Shown here: piece by piece, positions 31,516 to 41,609 of the stretch
Layout of the letters: the number at the start of each line of letters is the position of its first letter
Numbering within the stretch: the first letter of the stretch is position 1
DNA from: Bacillota bacterium
GTDB taxonomy: Bacteria; Bacillota; Sulfobacillia; JAUYEG01
Length of the DNA stretch: 64,000 nucleotides
Direction of reading: 5' to 3'
Assembly: GCA_030691505.1 (NCBI GenBank)
Contig: JAUYEG010000081.1
Span: 62,738-126,737, forward strand
Translations under genes and position numbers: made by a program
Notes under the pieces: model-generated
What the model saw: the letters and a program-made list of their open reading frames with translations, nothing else
Database searches by the model: none
Told to the model about the DNA's origin: nothing

Positions 31516-34290
31516 ATGCCCATGAAGACGACATCCGGGCTCGCCGGGCCCGCAGTGCCCACGGCGCCCGCCGCGCCCACGACACCCGCCACGCCCGCCG
31601 GCGATCAGCCGCAGGGCCGGCGGGATCTGCCGACAGTCTACGACCCAGCGTCCGTGGAGGTTCGCCGTTACGAGGAGTGGGTGGAGGCGGGGTATTTCCG
31701 CGCCGAAATCGTGCCGGGCCAGGAGCCCTTCACGATCGTCATTCCGCCGCCCAATATCACCGGCGCCCTGCACATCGGCCACGCCCTGAACAACTCGCTT
31801 CAGGATGTGCTGATACGCTGGCGGCGGATGGCTGGCCAGCCGGCGCTGTGGCTTCCCGGCACCGACCATGCCAGCATCGCCACGCACGCGCGCATTGAGA
31901 AAAACCTGGCCGAGGAAGGGACCAGCCGCTTCGAAATAGGCCGGGAGGAGTTTCTGCGCCGCGCCTGGGCCTGGTACGACAAGTACGGCAACACCATCCT
32001 CAACCAGCTCCGCCGGCTCGGCTGTTCCTGCGACTGGTCGCGCCAGCGCTTCACGCTGGACGAGGGCTTGTCACGGGCGGTGCAGGACCATTTCATCACT
32101 CTCTATGAGCAAGGGCTCATCTACCGCGGCGACTACATCGTCAACTGGTGTCCGGGCTGCCGCACGGTGGTGTCGGACATCGAGGTCGTCCACACCGACG
32201 AGGACAGCCACCTGTGGCATGTGGCTTACCCCTTGGCCGACGGTTCCGGCGAAATCGTGGTCGCCACCACGCGGCCCGAAACGATGTTGGGCGATACCGC
32301 CGTAGCGGTGCATCCCGATGACGAGCGGTACCGCGATTTGGTCGGCAAGGAAGCCGTACTGCCGGTGGTCGGCAGGATGCTGCCGATCATCGCTGACACG
32401 TACGTGGACCCGGCGTTCGGGAGCGGAGCGGTGAAAGTGACTCCGGCTCACGATCCCAACGACTACGAGATCGGGCGGCGTCACCGGCTGCAGCAGGTCA
32501 CGGTCATCGGCGAGGACATGAACATGACGCCCCAGGCCGGCAAGTACGCCGGCATGGACCGCTACGAGTGCCGGTCGCTGCTTGTAGAGGAACTGGAGAG
32601 CCTCGGCGCGCTGCGTTCGGTCGAGCCCTACCGGCACTCCGTGGGGCACTGCGACCGCTGCGACACGGTGATCGAGCCGCTGATTTCCCGCCAGTGGTTT
32701 GTTAAGATGAAACCCCTCGCGGGTCCGGCGATCGCCGTCGTCCGGCGCGGACGTGTGCGTATCCTGCCCGAGCGGTTCGAGAAGATCTACCTCAACTGGA
32801 TGGAGAACATCCGCGACTGGTGCATCAGCCGCCAGCTCTGGTGGGGCCACCGGATTCCGGCCTGGTATTGCCGGCAATGCGGCGAGGTGATCGTCGCCCG
32901 GGAGGAGCCGGCGTCCTGCGCCGCCTGCGGCGGCCTGCTGGAGCAGGACCAGGACGTGCTGGACACCTGGTTTTCCTCGGCGCTTTGGCCGTTCAGCACC
33001 CTCGGCTGGCCAGACGACACGCCCGACCTGCGCTACTTCTTCCCGACGACGGTGCTGATCACGGCCTACGAGATCATCTTCTTCTGGGTGGCGAGGATGA
33101 TATTCAGCTCGCTGCACCTGACCGGCGACCGCCCGTTCCGCGATGTGCTGATCCACGGGCTCGTCCGCGACGGCGAAGGGCGCAAGATGTCCAAGTCGCT
33201 GGACAACGGCGTGGACCCCATCGAGGTGATCGAGAAACACGGCGCCGATGCGCTGCGTTTCGGCCTGCTGACGGGGACGTCGCTCGGCGGCGATGTGCGG
33301 TTTTCCTGGGACAAGTTCGAGTCAGCGCGCAACTTCGTAAACAAGCTGTGGAACGCGGCCAGGTTTGTCCTCCTCAACCTTGACGGGCCCGGGCAGGACG
33401 CACCTGCCGTCGCCGCCGGCGGGGGCCGGGAAGGGCTCCCTGCCGCGGATCTGGAGCTGGCCGACCGCTGGATCCTCTCGCGCCTGGCCCGGCTTACGGC
33501 ACAGGTCAGCTCGATGCTGGAGCGCTACGATGTCGGCGAGGCGGCGAAGGCCATGTACGATTTCGCCTGGGGGGAGTTCTGCGACTGGTACATCGAGCTC
33601 GCCAAGATCCGCCTGTACGGCGATGATCCGGCGCGCCGCGACGCGGCCCAGGCAGTTCTCGTCTACGTGCTGGAACGGCTGTTGCGCCTGCTTCATCCGG
33701 TGATGCCGTTCGTGACGGAGGAAATCTGGCAGGCCCTGCCGCACGACGGCCCGAGCATTGTCGTCGCGCCGTGGCCCGAGACCCTTCCTCACCTGGAGAA
33801 CGACCGGGCCGAAGCGGAAATGGGCCGCGTCATGGATACCATCCGGGCCGTCCGGAACATCCGCGCGGAGATGAACGTCCCGGCCGGAAAGCAGGCCGAT
33901 GTTACCTTGCAGGCCGCCGAGCCCCGCGTGCGCGAGTTGCTTTCCGCGGCGTCACCGTATATCCGCGGCCTGGCGTCCGTCGGCGGGCTGCAGGTCGAAC
34001 CAACCGGCGGCACCCGGCCCAAGCAGGCGGGCGCGGCGATCCTCGCGGGGATCGAGGTCTACATGCCGCTGCGCGGCCTCATCGACTTCGAAAGGGAGGC
34101 GGGGCGCATCCGCCGGGCGCTGGGAGAAGCGGAGTTGGAGCTGGCCCGGGCCCGCGAACGCCTGGCAAATGAGAGCTTTCTGCGGCGCGCTCCGGCCGAC
34201 GTGGTCGCCAGGGAACGCGAGAAGGAAGCCCAATACGCTGAGCAGGCCGAAAAGCTGCGCCAGCGGCTGACGTTGCTTGAGGAAGCATAG
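31516..34290 (+). CDS. valS: valine--tRNA ligase
   Basis: HIGH motif (PPPNITGALHIGHAL), KMSKS (GRKMSKSLDNGVDP), CP1 editing domain, and C-terminal coiled coil. About a 35-aa Pro/Ala/Thr-rich N-terminal extension. Start ATG 31516 after GAGGAG. Confidence 0.95.
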   Translation: MPMKTTSGLAGPAVPTAPAAPTTPATPAGDQPQGRRDLPTVYDPASVEVRRYEEWVEAGYFRAEIVPGQEPFTIVIPPPNITGALHIGHALNNSLQDVLIRWRRMAGQPALWLPGTDHASIATHARIEKNLAEEGTSRFEIGREEFLRRAWAWYDKYGNTILNQLRRLGCSCDWSRQRFTLDEGLSRAVQDHFITLYEQGLIYRGDYIVNWCPGCRTVVSDIEVVHTDEDSHLWHVAYPLADGSGEIVVATTRPETMLGDTAVAVHPDDERYRDLVGKEAVLPVVGRMLPIIADTYVDPAFGSGAVKVTPAHDPNDYEIGRRHRLQQVTVIGEDMNMTPQAGKYAGMDRYECRSLLVEELESLGALRSVEPYRHSVGHCDRCDTVIEPLISRQWFVKMKPLAGPAIAVVRRGRVRILPERFEKIYLNWMENIRDWCISRQLWWGHRIPAWYCRQCGEVIVAREEPASCAACGGLLEQDQDVLDTWFSSALWPFSTLGWPDDTPDLRYFFPTTVLITAYEIIFFWVARMIFSSLHLTGDRPFRDVLIHGLVRDGEGRKMSKSLDNGVDPIEVIEKHGADALRFGLLTGTSLGGDVRFSWDKFESARNFVNKLWNAARFVLLNLDGPGQDAPAVAAGGGREGLPAADLELADRWILSRLARLTAQVSSMLERYDVGEAAKAMYDFAWGEFCDWYIELAKIRLYGDDPARRDAAQAVLVYVLERLLRLLHPVMPFVTEEIWQALPHDGPSIVVAPWPETLPHLENDRAEAEMGRVMDTIRAVRNIRAEMNVPAGKQADVTLQAAEPRVRELLSAASPYIRGLASVGGLQVEPTGGTRPKQAGAAILAGIEVYMPLRGLIDFEREAGRIRRALGEAELELARARERLANESFLRRAPADVVAREREKEAQYAEQAEKLRQRLTLLEEA

Positions 34291-34294
34291 GATC

Positions 34295-35629
34295 ATGTCT
34301 CCCGAGGAGGCCCTGGCGTTCCTGCACGGTCTGTACCGTCCCGGCGCGAAGCCGCCTACGAGCCTTGCCCGCGTGCGCGAGTTGCTGCGCCGGCTGGGGC
34401 ATCCCGAGCTCGGCCTGCGCACCGTGCACATCACCGGGACCAACGGCAAGGGGTCGGTGGCGGCGACCGTGGCGGAGATAATGCGGGCCGCCGGACACCG
34501 GACCGGGTTGTTCATTTCCCCGTACCTGGAGCGCTTTGGCGAAAGGGTCGTGTTCGACGGACGCGAGCTGCCTGACGAAGCGTTGGTTTCGTTTGTGCCG
34601 CGAATCCGCGCGGCCGTCGCGGGCATGACGGCCGCCGGCTGGGACGCGCCCGCCGAGTTCGAGGCTGTTACCGCGCTTGCGGCGCTGTACTACCAGCGCG
34701 AGGCAGCGGACGTGGTGTCGCTGGAAGCGGGCCTGGGCGGGCGCCTGGACGCCACCAACGCGATACCAGGGTCCCTGGTCAGCGTGATCACGCGCGTCGG
34801 ACTGGACCACGTGGACCGTCTGGGTCCGACGGTGGCCGACATCGCCAGGGAGAAAGCCGACATCATCCGCCCGGGCGGGCCGGTTGTGGCGGGACGGCTG
34901 CGCCCCGAACCCCTTGCGGTGATCACCGGGGCGGCCGCCGCCCGCCGGGCGCAGCTCGTGCTGCTCGGCCGCGATTTCGACTACACGCTGCACAGCTCCG
35001 GCCTGGACGGTCTGCGTCTGACAGTGCGGGGCCGCTTAGCATCCTATGACGGCCTGCATTTCCCCTTGCTCGGGGAGCACCAGGCGGACAATCTGGCATG
35101 CGCGGTGGCCGCCGTCGAGTGCGCGGCGGAGCGGGGCCTGCCCGTGACGCCGGAGGCGATTAGGGCGGGAGCGGCGGCCGTCAGGTGGCCCGCGCGGCTT
35201 GAGATTCTTTCCAGCACGCCGACCGTTATTCTGGACGGAGCGCACAATCCCGACGCCATCGAGGCCCTTGCCGCGTCTCTGCGGGCGCTGTTTGGCCGCC
35301 AGGGGCGGCGGCTCGTGGCGGTTGTGGGGGCGCTCGGCGACAAGGCAACCGAGGCGATGTTCGCGTCCCTGCTGCCGCTTGTTGATGAGTTGGTCGTGAC
35401 CACTCCGTCCTTTGCGGCGCGCGCGATGCCTGCGGAGCGTCTGGCCGCGCTGGTGCGGGACCAATACCCGGAACTGCCGGTCAGATCCGTGCCTGATATC
35501 CGCGACGCCGTCTGCGCGGGGCTGTCTCTGGTCGGGCCCCGGGACCTCCTGCTTGTGACGGGGTCGTTTTACCTGGTTGGCGATGCGCGGCGGCACCTGC
35601 GGGAACTGCTTGGGTTCGTGTCCCCCTGA
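34295..35629 (+). CDS. folC: bifunctional folylpolyglutamate synthase / dihydrofolate synthase
   Basis: Mur-ligase-type P-loop HITGTNGKGSVAATVAEIM, LEAGLGGRLDATN, DGAHNP. Confidence 0.9.
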   Translation: MSPEEALAFLHGLYRPGAKPPTSLARVRELLRRLGHPELGLRTVHITGTNGKGSVAATVAEIMRAAGHRTGLFISPYLERFGERVVFDGRELPDEALVSFVPRIRAAVAGMTAAGWDAPAEFEAVTALAALYYQREAADVVSLEAGLGGRLDATNAIPGSLVSVITRVGLDHVDRLGPTVADIAREKADIIRPGGPVVAGRLRPEPLAVITGAAAARRAQLVLLGRDFDYTLHSSGLDGLRLTVRGRLASYDGLHFPLLGEHQADNLACAVAAVECAAERGLPVTPEAIRAGAAAVRWPARLEILSSTPTVILDGAHNPDAIEALAASLRALFGRQGRRLVAVVGALGDKATEAMFASLLPLVDELVVTTPSFAARAMPAERLAALVRDQYPELPVRSVPDIRDAVCAGLSLVGPRDLLLVTGSFYLVGDARRHLRELLGFVSP

Positions 35630-35730
35630 CCGGCCTGCCGGCCCGCAGCAGGGTTGTGCCGCCGGGTCCCCGAATTGAGAGCGAGGTTTGGGCATGCATG
35701 CCACCCAAGGCAGATTCGGGAGGTAGCCGC

Positions 35731-36655
35731 CGTGCATCGATCCGGGCGCAAGCGGGAGCCGGCCCGCCGCTCGCTGGGCGTGGTCATGTTCCTTGTCGCA
35801 CTGGGCCTCGCCGGGTTGGTGGTCGGGGCATTCTTCGGCAACTACATCATCAGGTCTCTGATCGAGGCTACCAGTCCTCCCGGCGGCACGTCTTCCGGCG
35901 GCGGGACGACGCCGGGCGGGACTACTCCCGGTGGGACAACGCCCGGGGGTGGGACCACTCCAGGCGGGACGACGCCCGGGGTGACGCCGCCGCCTTCATC
36001 AGTGCAGGTGTTGCTGCAGCCGTACACTTTCTTCGCGGTTCAGGTCGGGGCGTTCAGCGAGGCGAGCATGGCCCAGCAGGTGGCGCGTCAGGCCTCGGAG
36101 CTGGGCCTTCCCAGCCACGTTGGGGAGCCTGAGCCTGACGGGAGCGACAGGCTCTGGCGCGTGCGCTGCGCGATTTTGCCGTCGCGAGAAGGAGCGGAAG
36201 CGGTGCTCAAGATCGCTCGTACCGCAGGCTACACGGACGCGTTTCTGGCCCAGTTCCAGACCCGCGCGATGGACCTGACCGTCCAGGCGTCTTCGGCGCA
36301 ATACCTCACTGGTTTCCGCGATGCGCTGCAGGGCATGTCCGAACTGATGCGCAATGAGGCCCAGGCCTGGGACGCCCATGCGCGCGGAGGGCTCGACTCG
36401 CGGGTTCTTGGCGGGTACCTGACCGCGGTCGGCGCCTCCGCGGCAAAGGTTCGCCAGGCGCTTACCGGCTTGACGCCGCCGACCGATCTTCGCGAGCGGC
36501 ACGACGTGTTGACCGGTCTGGTCAACATGGCCGACGCGTCCGCCGTTGAGTTCGCCAACGCCGCGCAGGGAACCCAAGCCCAATACGCCCGCGCGATGAG
36601 TGAATACATGAGGTTTGTTGCAGCCTTCAGCCGCGTTTGCGCCAGCTGGCGATAA
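35731..36655 (+). CDS. SPOR-domain membrane protein (SpoIIB-like by position) with (T-T-P-G-G)n linker
   Basis: TM VVMFLVALGLAGLVVGAFF, a Thr/Pro/Gly-rich repeat, then a SPOR domain FFAVQVGAFSEASMAQQVARQASELGLPSHV...WRVRCAILPSREGAEAVLKIARTAGYTDAFL. It follows folC, as spoIIB does in Bacillus. Confidence 0.55.
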
Positions 36656-36895
36656 ACTACTGGGGCAGGACAAGCTGGCCTGTTGTAGAATGTCTGCATG
36701 TTCTAAATGCTAGCCCAGCAGACGGTGAGCACGACCCCGTCTCCCTGGCGCTCCGGGGCCCGCCAGCGCGCAGGGCCCCAGTGGCAGGGGAGCGGTTTGT
36801 TTTTTGGACGCCTGGAGCGTGCGTCCGCCCGGCGGCCGGGCGGCGCGGCCCCGCGCCGACGCAGGCCAAGGAGGTGCAGGCCGCAAGGCCCGACC

Positions 36896-38233
36896 ATGAC
36901 AGCGAAGACGTTCCCTGGCGGCATCCATCCGGACTACGGCAAGGGTCCCACTGCGGGCAAACCCGTGGTCCGCGCGGCGCCGCCCAAGACCGTGGTTATC
37001 CCTCTGCACCAGCACACCGGGGCGCCGTGCGAGGCGCTCGTGAAGGCCGGCGACGAGGTCAAGATGGGTCAGAAGATCGGTGACACCGGCGCTTTTGTAT
37101 CCGCGCCGGTCCACGCCAGCGTGTCGGGCAAGGTGCTCGCGGTCGAGCCGCGGCCCCACCCGGCCTTTGGCGTATCCCTGGCCGTCGTAATCGAATCGGA
37201 CGGTCAGGACCAACTCGACCCGGAGATAAGGCCTGCGGGCAGCCTGGACACCCTGGATGCCGCGGCGCTGCGCAAGGTTATCCGCGAGGCGGGCATCGTC
37301 GGCATGGGCGGCGCAGCCTTCCCGACAGCCGTCAAGGTCGCGCCGCCGCCCAACAAGAAGATCGACACCGTCGCCCTCAACGGCGCGGAGTGTGAGCCCT
37401 ACCTGACCGCGGACCACCGGGTGATGCTTGAGCAGGCCGATGATGTGGTCTTCGGGTTGCGCGCGCTGATGAAGGCCTGCGGCGCCGGGCAGGGCCTGAT
37501 TGCGATCGAGGACAACAAGCCGGACGCAATCGAAGTGATCCACAAGGCCCTCGGCGGGGCCCCCGACCTGCAGATTATCCACCTGCACACCAAGTACCCG
37601 CAGGGATCGGAGAAGCACCTTCTTAAGGCGTGCCTCAACAGGGAAGTTCCCTCGGGCGGCCTGCCGCTCGACGTCGGTGTGGTCGTCAACAACGTGGCCA
37701 CCGCGGCGGCGGTCGCGCGCGCGGTACGCAACGGGACGCCGCTCTATGAGCGCGTCCTGACGGTTACCGGAGGCGCCGTGGCCAATCCGCAGAACATGCT
37801 GGTCCGGGTCGGGACATCGTTTGGCGATCTGATCGAGCAGTGCGGCGGTTTCGCCAAGCCCGCCGGCAAGGTGATCAACGGTGGACCCATGATGGGCATC
37901 GCCCAGAGCTCGCTTGACGTCCCCGTGACCAAAGGCACGTCGGGCATCCTGTGCCTGGCGCGCGGCGAGGTCGCGCGGGATGAGGCGGAGGCCTGCCTCA
38001 AGTGCGGGCGCTGCATCGATGCCTGCCCGATGTACCTCATGCCGCTCTGGATCTCGGCGTATGCCGAGAGGGGTAAGCATGAGGAGGCCGAACGGCTTAA
38101 CGCTCTGGACTGTATCGAGTGTGGGTGTTGTTCCTACGTCTGTCCCGCCCGTCGTCCTCTGGTGCAGGCAATCCGTCTTGCCAAGGGGGAGATCACGGCC
38201 CGCAGGCGTCGTCAGGCCCAGCCCGCCAAGTAG
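36896..38233 (+). CDS. rnfC: Rnf electron transport complex subunit C
   Basis: NADH/FMN-binding region (GIVGMGGAAFPT) and two 4Fe-4S motifs, CLKCGRCIDACP and CIECGCCSYVCP. The ORF opens at 36707; ATG 36896 is preferred. Confidence 0.9.
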   Translation: MTAKTFPGGIHPDYGKGPTAGKPVVRAAPPKTVVIPLHQHTGAPCEALVKAGDEVKMGQKIGDTGAFVSAPVHASVSGKVLAVEPRPHPAFGVSLAVVIESDGQDQLDPEIRPAGSLDTLDAAALRKVIREAGIVGMGGAAFPTAVKVAPPPNKKIDTVALNGAECEPYLTADHRVMLEQADDVVFGLRALMKACGAGQGLIAIEDNKPDAIEVIHKALGGAPDLQIIHLHTKYPQGSEKHLLKACLNREVPSGGLPLDVGVVVNNVATAAAVARAVRNGTPLYERVLTVTGGAVANPQNMLVRVGTSFGDLIEQCGGFAKPAGKVINGGPMMGIAQSSLDVPVTKGTSGILCLARGEVARDEAEACLKCGRCIDACPMYLMPLWISAYAERGKHEEAERLNALDCIECGCCSYVCPARRPLVQAIRLAKGEITARRRRQAQPAK

Positions 38234-38325
38234 CCGCCGCCTCGCGCGACCGCTGCTTGGCGGAGACACAAGATCGCTTCACGCCTAACGATCCGGGCCG
38301 GCGTATCTTCGAGGGGGTAGGGTTA

Positions 38326-39294
38326 GTGGCCGAAAACGGAGCGCAGAACGAGCTACTGGTCGTCTCGTCCTCGCCCCACGTCAAGACCCGCGACACGACT
38401 CAGCGCCTGATGGGGGATGTGCTGATCGGCCTTGCTCCGGCTGCGGCAGCTGCTGGATACCTCTTCGGCAGCCGGGCGCTGATGATCATGGCGGCTTCGG
38501 TCGGCACGGCGGTGCTGGCCGAGCACCTCGTGTCACGGATGGGGCACAAGAGGACGACTATCGGCGATCTCTCCGCAGCCGTGACGGGGCTGTTACTCGC
38601 GTTCAATCTCCCGCCAAGCGTGCCGCCGTGGATCCCGGTCATCGGTTCGGCGGTCGCGATCCTGCTGGTCAAAGCCCTTTTCGGCGGTCTCGGGGGCAAT
38701 TTCCTCAATCCTGCGCTGGCAGCCAGGGCGATACTCCTGGCGGCATGGCCGGTGCACATGACCGCCTGGATTCGGCCTTTTGACCTCGTGGGCACGGCTA
38801 CTCCTCTGGCGACCCTCGTTCCCAAAGGGGTGGCCGGAGTCCCGCTGCCGAGCTATCTGGATATGTTTCTTGGCCGCATCCCCGGATCGCTGGGCGAGAC
38901 CTCGGCTCTGGCGCTGCTGGCCGGCGGTCTCTACCTGCTCTGGCGGCGGGTGATCGACTGGCACACCCCTGTTGCCTTTGTGGGAACCGTCTTCGTCCTG
39001 ACGTGGCTTCTCGGTCCGGACGGGATCGGGACCGGCGACCCCCTCGCTCACGTCCTGTCGGGCGGGCTTATGCTCGGGGCGCTGTTCATGGCCACCGACT
39101 ACGTCACTTCGCCGGTCACCCCGCGCGGACGCCTCGTGATGGGGCTCGGCTGCGGGCTGCTCACGGTGCTGATCAGGATATACGGAGCGTTTCCGGAGGG
39201 CGTGTCGTACTCCATCCTGATCATGAACGTCGCCACTCCGCTTATTGACCGCTGGATGACGCCACGCAAGTTTGGGATGGTGAAGACGGCATGA
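38326..39294 (+). CDS. rnfD: Rnf complex subunit D (membrane, FMN-binding)
   Basis: VSSSPHVKTRDTTQRLMGDVLIGLAP and a covalent-FMN threonine region (LFMATDYVTSPVT). Polytopic. Confidence 0.9.
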   Translation: MAENGAQNELLVVSSSPHVKTRDTTQRLMGDVLIGLAPAAAAAGYLFGSRALMIMAASVGTAVLAEHLVSRMGHKRTTIGDLSAAVTGLLLAFNLPPSVPPWIPVIGSAVAILLVKALFGGLGGNFLNPALAARAILLAAWPVHMTAWIRPFDLVGTATPLATLVPKGVAGVPLPSYLDMFLGRIPGSLGETSALALLAGGLYLLWRRVIDWHTPVAFVGTVFVLTWLLGPDGIGTGDPLAHVLSGGLMLGALFMATDYVTSPVTPRGRLVMGLGCGLLTVLIRIYGAFPEGVSYSILIMNVATPLIDRWMTPRKFGMVKTA

Positions 39295-40361
39295 GCTACA
39301 TCGCCAGACTCGGCCTTATCCTTGCCCTGATCACCGCGGTTGCCGCCGGGGCCCTGGCCTACACCAACCAGCTCACGGCGGAGCAGATCCTGCTTCAGGT
39401 CGAAAAGGCCAAACAGGACGCGCTGCTCGAAGTGCTGCCGGGGGCGGTCGGCTTTGACTCGCAGGCCGACCTGCTGGCCGAGGCCCAGGCCGGCGACGAG
39501 GCGCTCCGCGACGTACAGGAGATGTACGTCGGCCGGGGCGCCGGGGGACCCGTCGGTACGGCCTACCTCGTCACTGTCAGCGGCTACGGCGGCCCGGTGG
39601 TGATCGTCGCCGGGGTCAACAACGAGGGCGCGATTACGGGCATGAAGATCGTCAGCGCCTCCAGCGAGACGCCCGGTCTGGGCTCCAAGATCAAGGAGGC
39701 CTGGTTTCAGAACCAGTTCAAGGGCAAGACGGCCGGCGCACCGCTGCAGCTGGTCAAGACGCCGGCTCTCGGGCAGGATCAGGTGCAGGCCGTCGCGGCG
39801 GCCACGATATCGTCCTCGGCCGTCGTCCGGGCGATAAACGCGGCGACCGCCGTCTATCGCACGCAGATCGCCGGCGGAGATCCCCGGCTCGGCCGCATCA
39901 AGCAGGAGGCGCTGCAGGAGATCTTCCCCGCGGCGGACACGTTTGAGGCCGAGCCAGAGCGCTTGGCCGATGCCGTAGCCGCCGACCCGGCGCTTGCGGC
40001 GGCGACGGACCTCTGGACAGTGAAACGCGGCGGTGAGGTTCTCGGCACCGGCGTGGCGGCCAGCGGGCGGGGCTACGGGGGACCGATCGTCGCCGTGGTG
40101 GGATTTGACCCGGCCGGCAAGATCGCCGCCGTCAGGTTTGTGGATATGCCCGGCGAGAGCACCGGCGTCGGAACGCTGATTGCCGAGGCGTCGTTTGCGT
40201 CCCAGTTTGCCGGACGGCCCGCGCGGGTGCTGGAGGTTGTGCGGACAGCCGCAGGGCCGGACCGGATCCAGGCTGTCTCCGGCGCAACCGTCTCCTCTGC
40301 AGGGGCGGTCGCCGCCGTCAACAACGCCATTGACCTTTACAACCGCCTGGGGCGGCCCTAG
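39291..40361 (+). CDS. rnfG: Rnf complex subunit G with tandem duplicated FMN-binding domains
   Basis: N-terminal TM, then two FMN_bind-like units (GYGGPVVIVAGV...TISSSAVVRAINAA and GRGYGGPIVAVVGF...SGATVSSAGAVAAVNNA). At 356 aa it is about 1.7 times the usual length. ATGA overlap with rnfD. Confidence 0.8.
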   Translation: MSYIARLGLILALITAVAAGALAYTNQLTAEQILLQVEKAKQDALLEVLPGAVGFDSQADLLAEAQAGDEALRDVQEMYVGRGAGGPVGTAYLVTVSGYGGPVVIVAGVNNEGAITGMKIVSASSETPGLGSKIKEAWFQNQFKGKTAGAPLQLVKTPALGQDQVQAVAAATISSSAVVRAINAATAVYRTQIAGGDPRLGRIKQEALQEIFPAADTFEAEPERLADAVAADPALAAATDLWTVKRGGEVLGTGVAASGRGYGGPIVAVVGFDPAGKIAAVRFVDMPGESTGVGTLIAEASFASQFAGRPARVLEVVRTAAGPDRIQAVSGATVSSAGAVAAVNNAIDLYNRLGRP

Positions 40362-40388
40362 CTGCGAGGAAGGGGGGTACAACGAGCG

Positions 40389-41015
40389 GTGCGCAGTCCA
40401 CTGCAGGTCCTGACAAACGGGCTCGTGAAGGAGAACCCTGCTTTCCGCCTCGTGCTCGGGCTGTGCCCGATGCTGGCGGTAACGACCGCCGCGGAAAACG
40501 GTTTCTGGATGGGCATGGCGGTCATTTTTGTTCTGACCTTTTCAAACGTGTTCATATCCGCCCTGAGCGGCGTGATCCCCAGCAAGATCCGCATCCCGTG
40601 CTATATCGTCGTCATCGCGACCTTCGTCACGATCGTCGATCTGGTCATGCATGCCTACTTGCCCGAGATGTACAACATCCTGGGCATTTTCATCCCGCTG
40701 ATCGTCGTCAACTGCGTGATCATGGCCCGCGCCGAGGCCTTTGCGTCCAAGAACGGCCTGCTTTTTGCCGCGATGGACGGGATCGGCATGGGCCTTGGAT
40801 ACACGGTGGCGATCATGCTCATCGGGGCGATCAGGGAGCTTCTCGGCACGGGCAACATCCTCCTCAGGGGCGTGCCGCTTTTCGGAGCGGCCGGGCTGGG
40901 CTTTGAGCCGGCAATCGTGATGATCCTGCCGCCCGGCGCCTTCATCACCCTGGGACTCGTGCTCGGTGTGCTCAACACGCTGCAGCAGCGCAGGCTGCGG
41001 CAGAGGGGGGCGTAG
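40389..41015 (+). CDS. rnfE: Rnf complex subunit E
   Basis: LTNGLVKENPAFRLVLGLCPMLAVTT is the conserved RnfE/NqrD-type N-terminus. Confidence 0.9.
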   Translation: MRSPLQVLTNGLVKENPAFRLVLGLCPMLAVTTAAENGFWMGMAVIFVLTFSNVFISALSGVIPSKIRIPCYIVVIATFVTIVDLVMHAYLPEMYNILGIFIPLIVVNCVIMARAEAFASKNGLLFAAMDGIGMGLGYTVAIMLIGAIRELLGTGNILLRGVPLFGAAGLGFEPAIVMILPPGAFITLGLVLGVLNTLQQRRLRQRGA

Positions 41016-41017
41016 CC

Positions 41018-41608
41018 GTGAACTTCGTGGGGATTCTCATCGGCGGCATATTGGTCAACAACTTCATCTTCGCACGGTTCCTGGGCCTCTGCCCGTTCGT
41101 GGGCATTTCCAAGAGGGTCGAGACCGCGACCGGCATGAGCATGGCGGTCATCTTCGTGATGGCCGTCGCCTCCGCGGTCACCTGGGCCGTACACAACCTG
41201 GTGCTGGTACCTTTCCGGCTGGAGTACCTGCAGACGGTTTCGTTTATCCTGGTCATCGCCGCGCTGGTGCAGTTTGTCGAGATGGTCATGCTCAAGAGCT
41301 CGCCAGGTCTGTACCAGGCCCTGGGGATATACCTCCCGTTGATAACGACCAACTGCGCGGTTCTCGGCGTGGCCTTGCTGTCCATCCGGTCCAACTACAC
41401 GTTTCTTGAGGCCGTGGTCAACGGGGTCGCCGGGGCTCTGGGGTGGAGCTTGGCGGTCATCCTCTTCGCCGGCATCCGGGAGCGTTGGGAGATCACCCCG
41501 ATCCCCAAGGTGATGGAGGGCTTCCCGATCGCCCTCATTTCAACCGGCCTGATGGCCATATCATTCTTCGGCTTCCAGGGCTTGTTCCGGACGCTGTTCG
41601 CCAGGTGA
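41018..41608 (+). CDS. rnfA: Rnf complex subunit A
   Basis: ILVNNFIFARFLGLCPFVGIS is the conserved RnfA/NqrE-type N-terminus. About 6 TM. Confidence 0.9.
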   Translation: MNFVGILIGGILVNNFIFARFLGLCPFVGISKRVETATGMSMAVIFVMAVASAVTWAVHNLVLVPFRLEYLQTVSFILVIAALVQFVEMVMLKSSPGLYQALGIYLPLITTNCAVLGVALLSIRSNYTFLEAVVNGVAGALGWSLAVILFAGIRERWEITPIPKVMEGFPIALISTGLMAISFFGFQGLFRTLFAR

Positions 41609-41609
41609 G

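Noticed and set aside
36710-38269. 519-aa minus-strand ORF antisense to rnfC. Similar long antisense ORFs occur at 24177-25595 (antisense to lonB), 26838-27968 (antisense to lon), 19853-20737 (antisense to tig), 22053-22898 (antisense to clpX), 3270-4343 (antisense to tpl), 32071-33240 (antisense to valS), 54828-56096 and 59049-60032.
   Set aside because: They are Arg/Pro/Gly-rich low-complexity translations opposite clearly identified conserved genes. This is the usual artefact of stop-codon-poor high-GC DNA.
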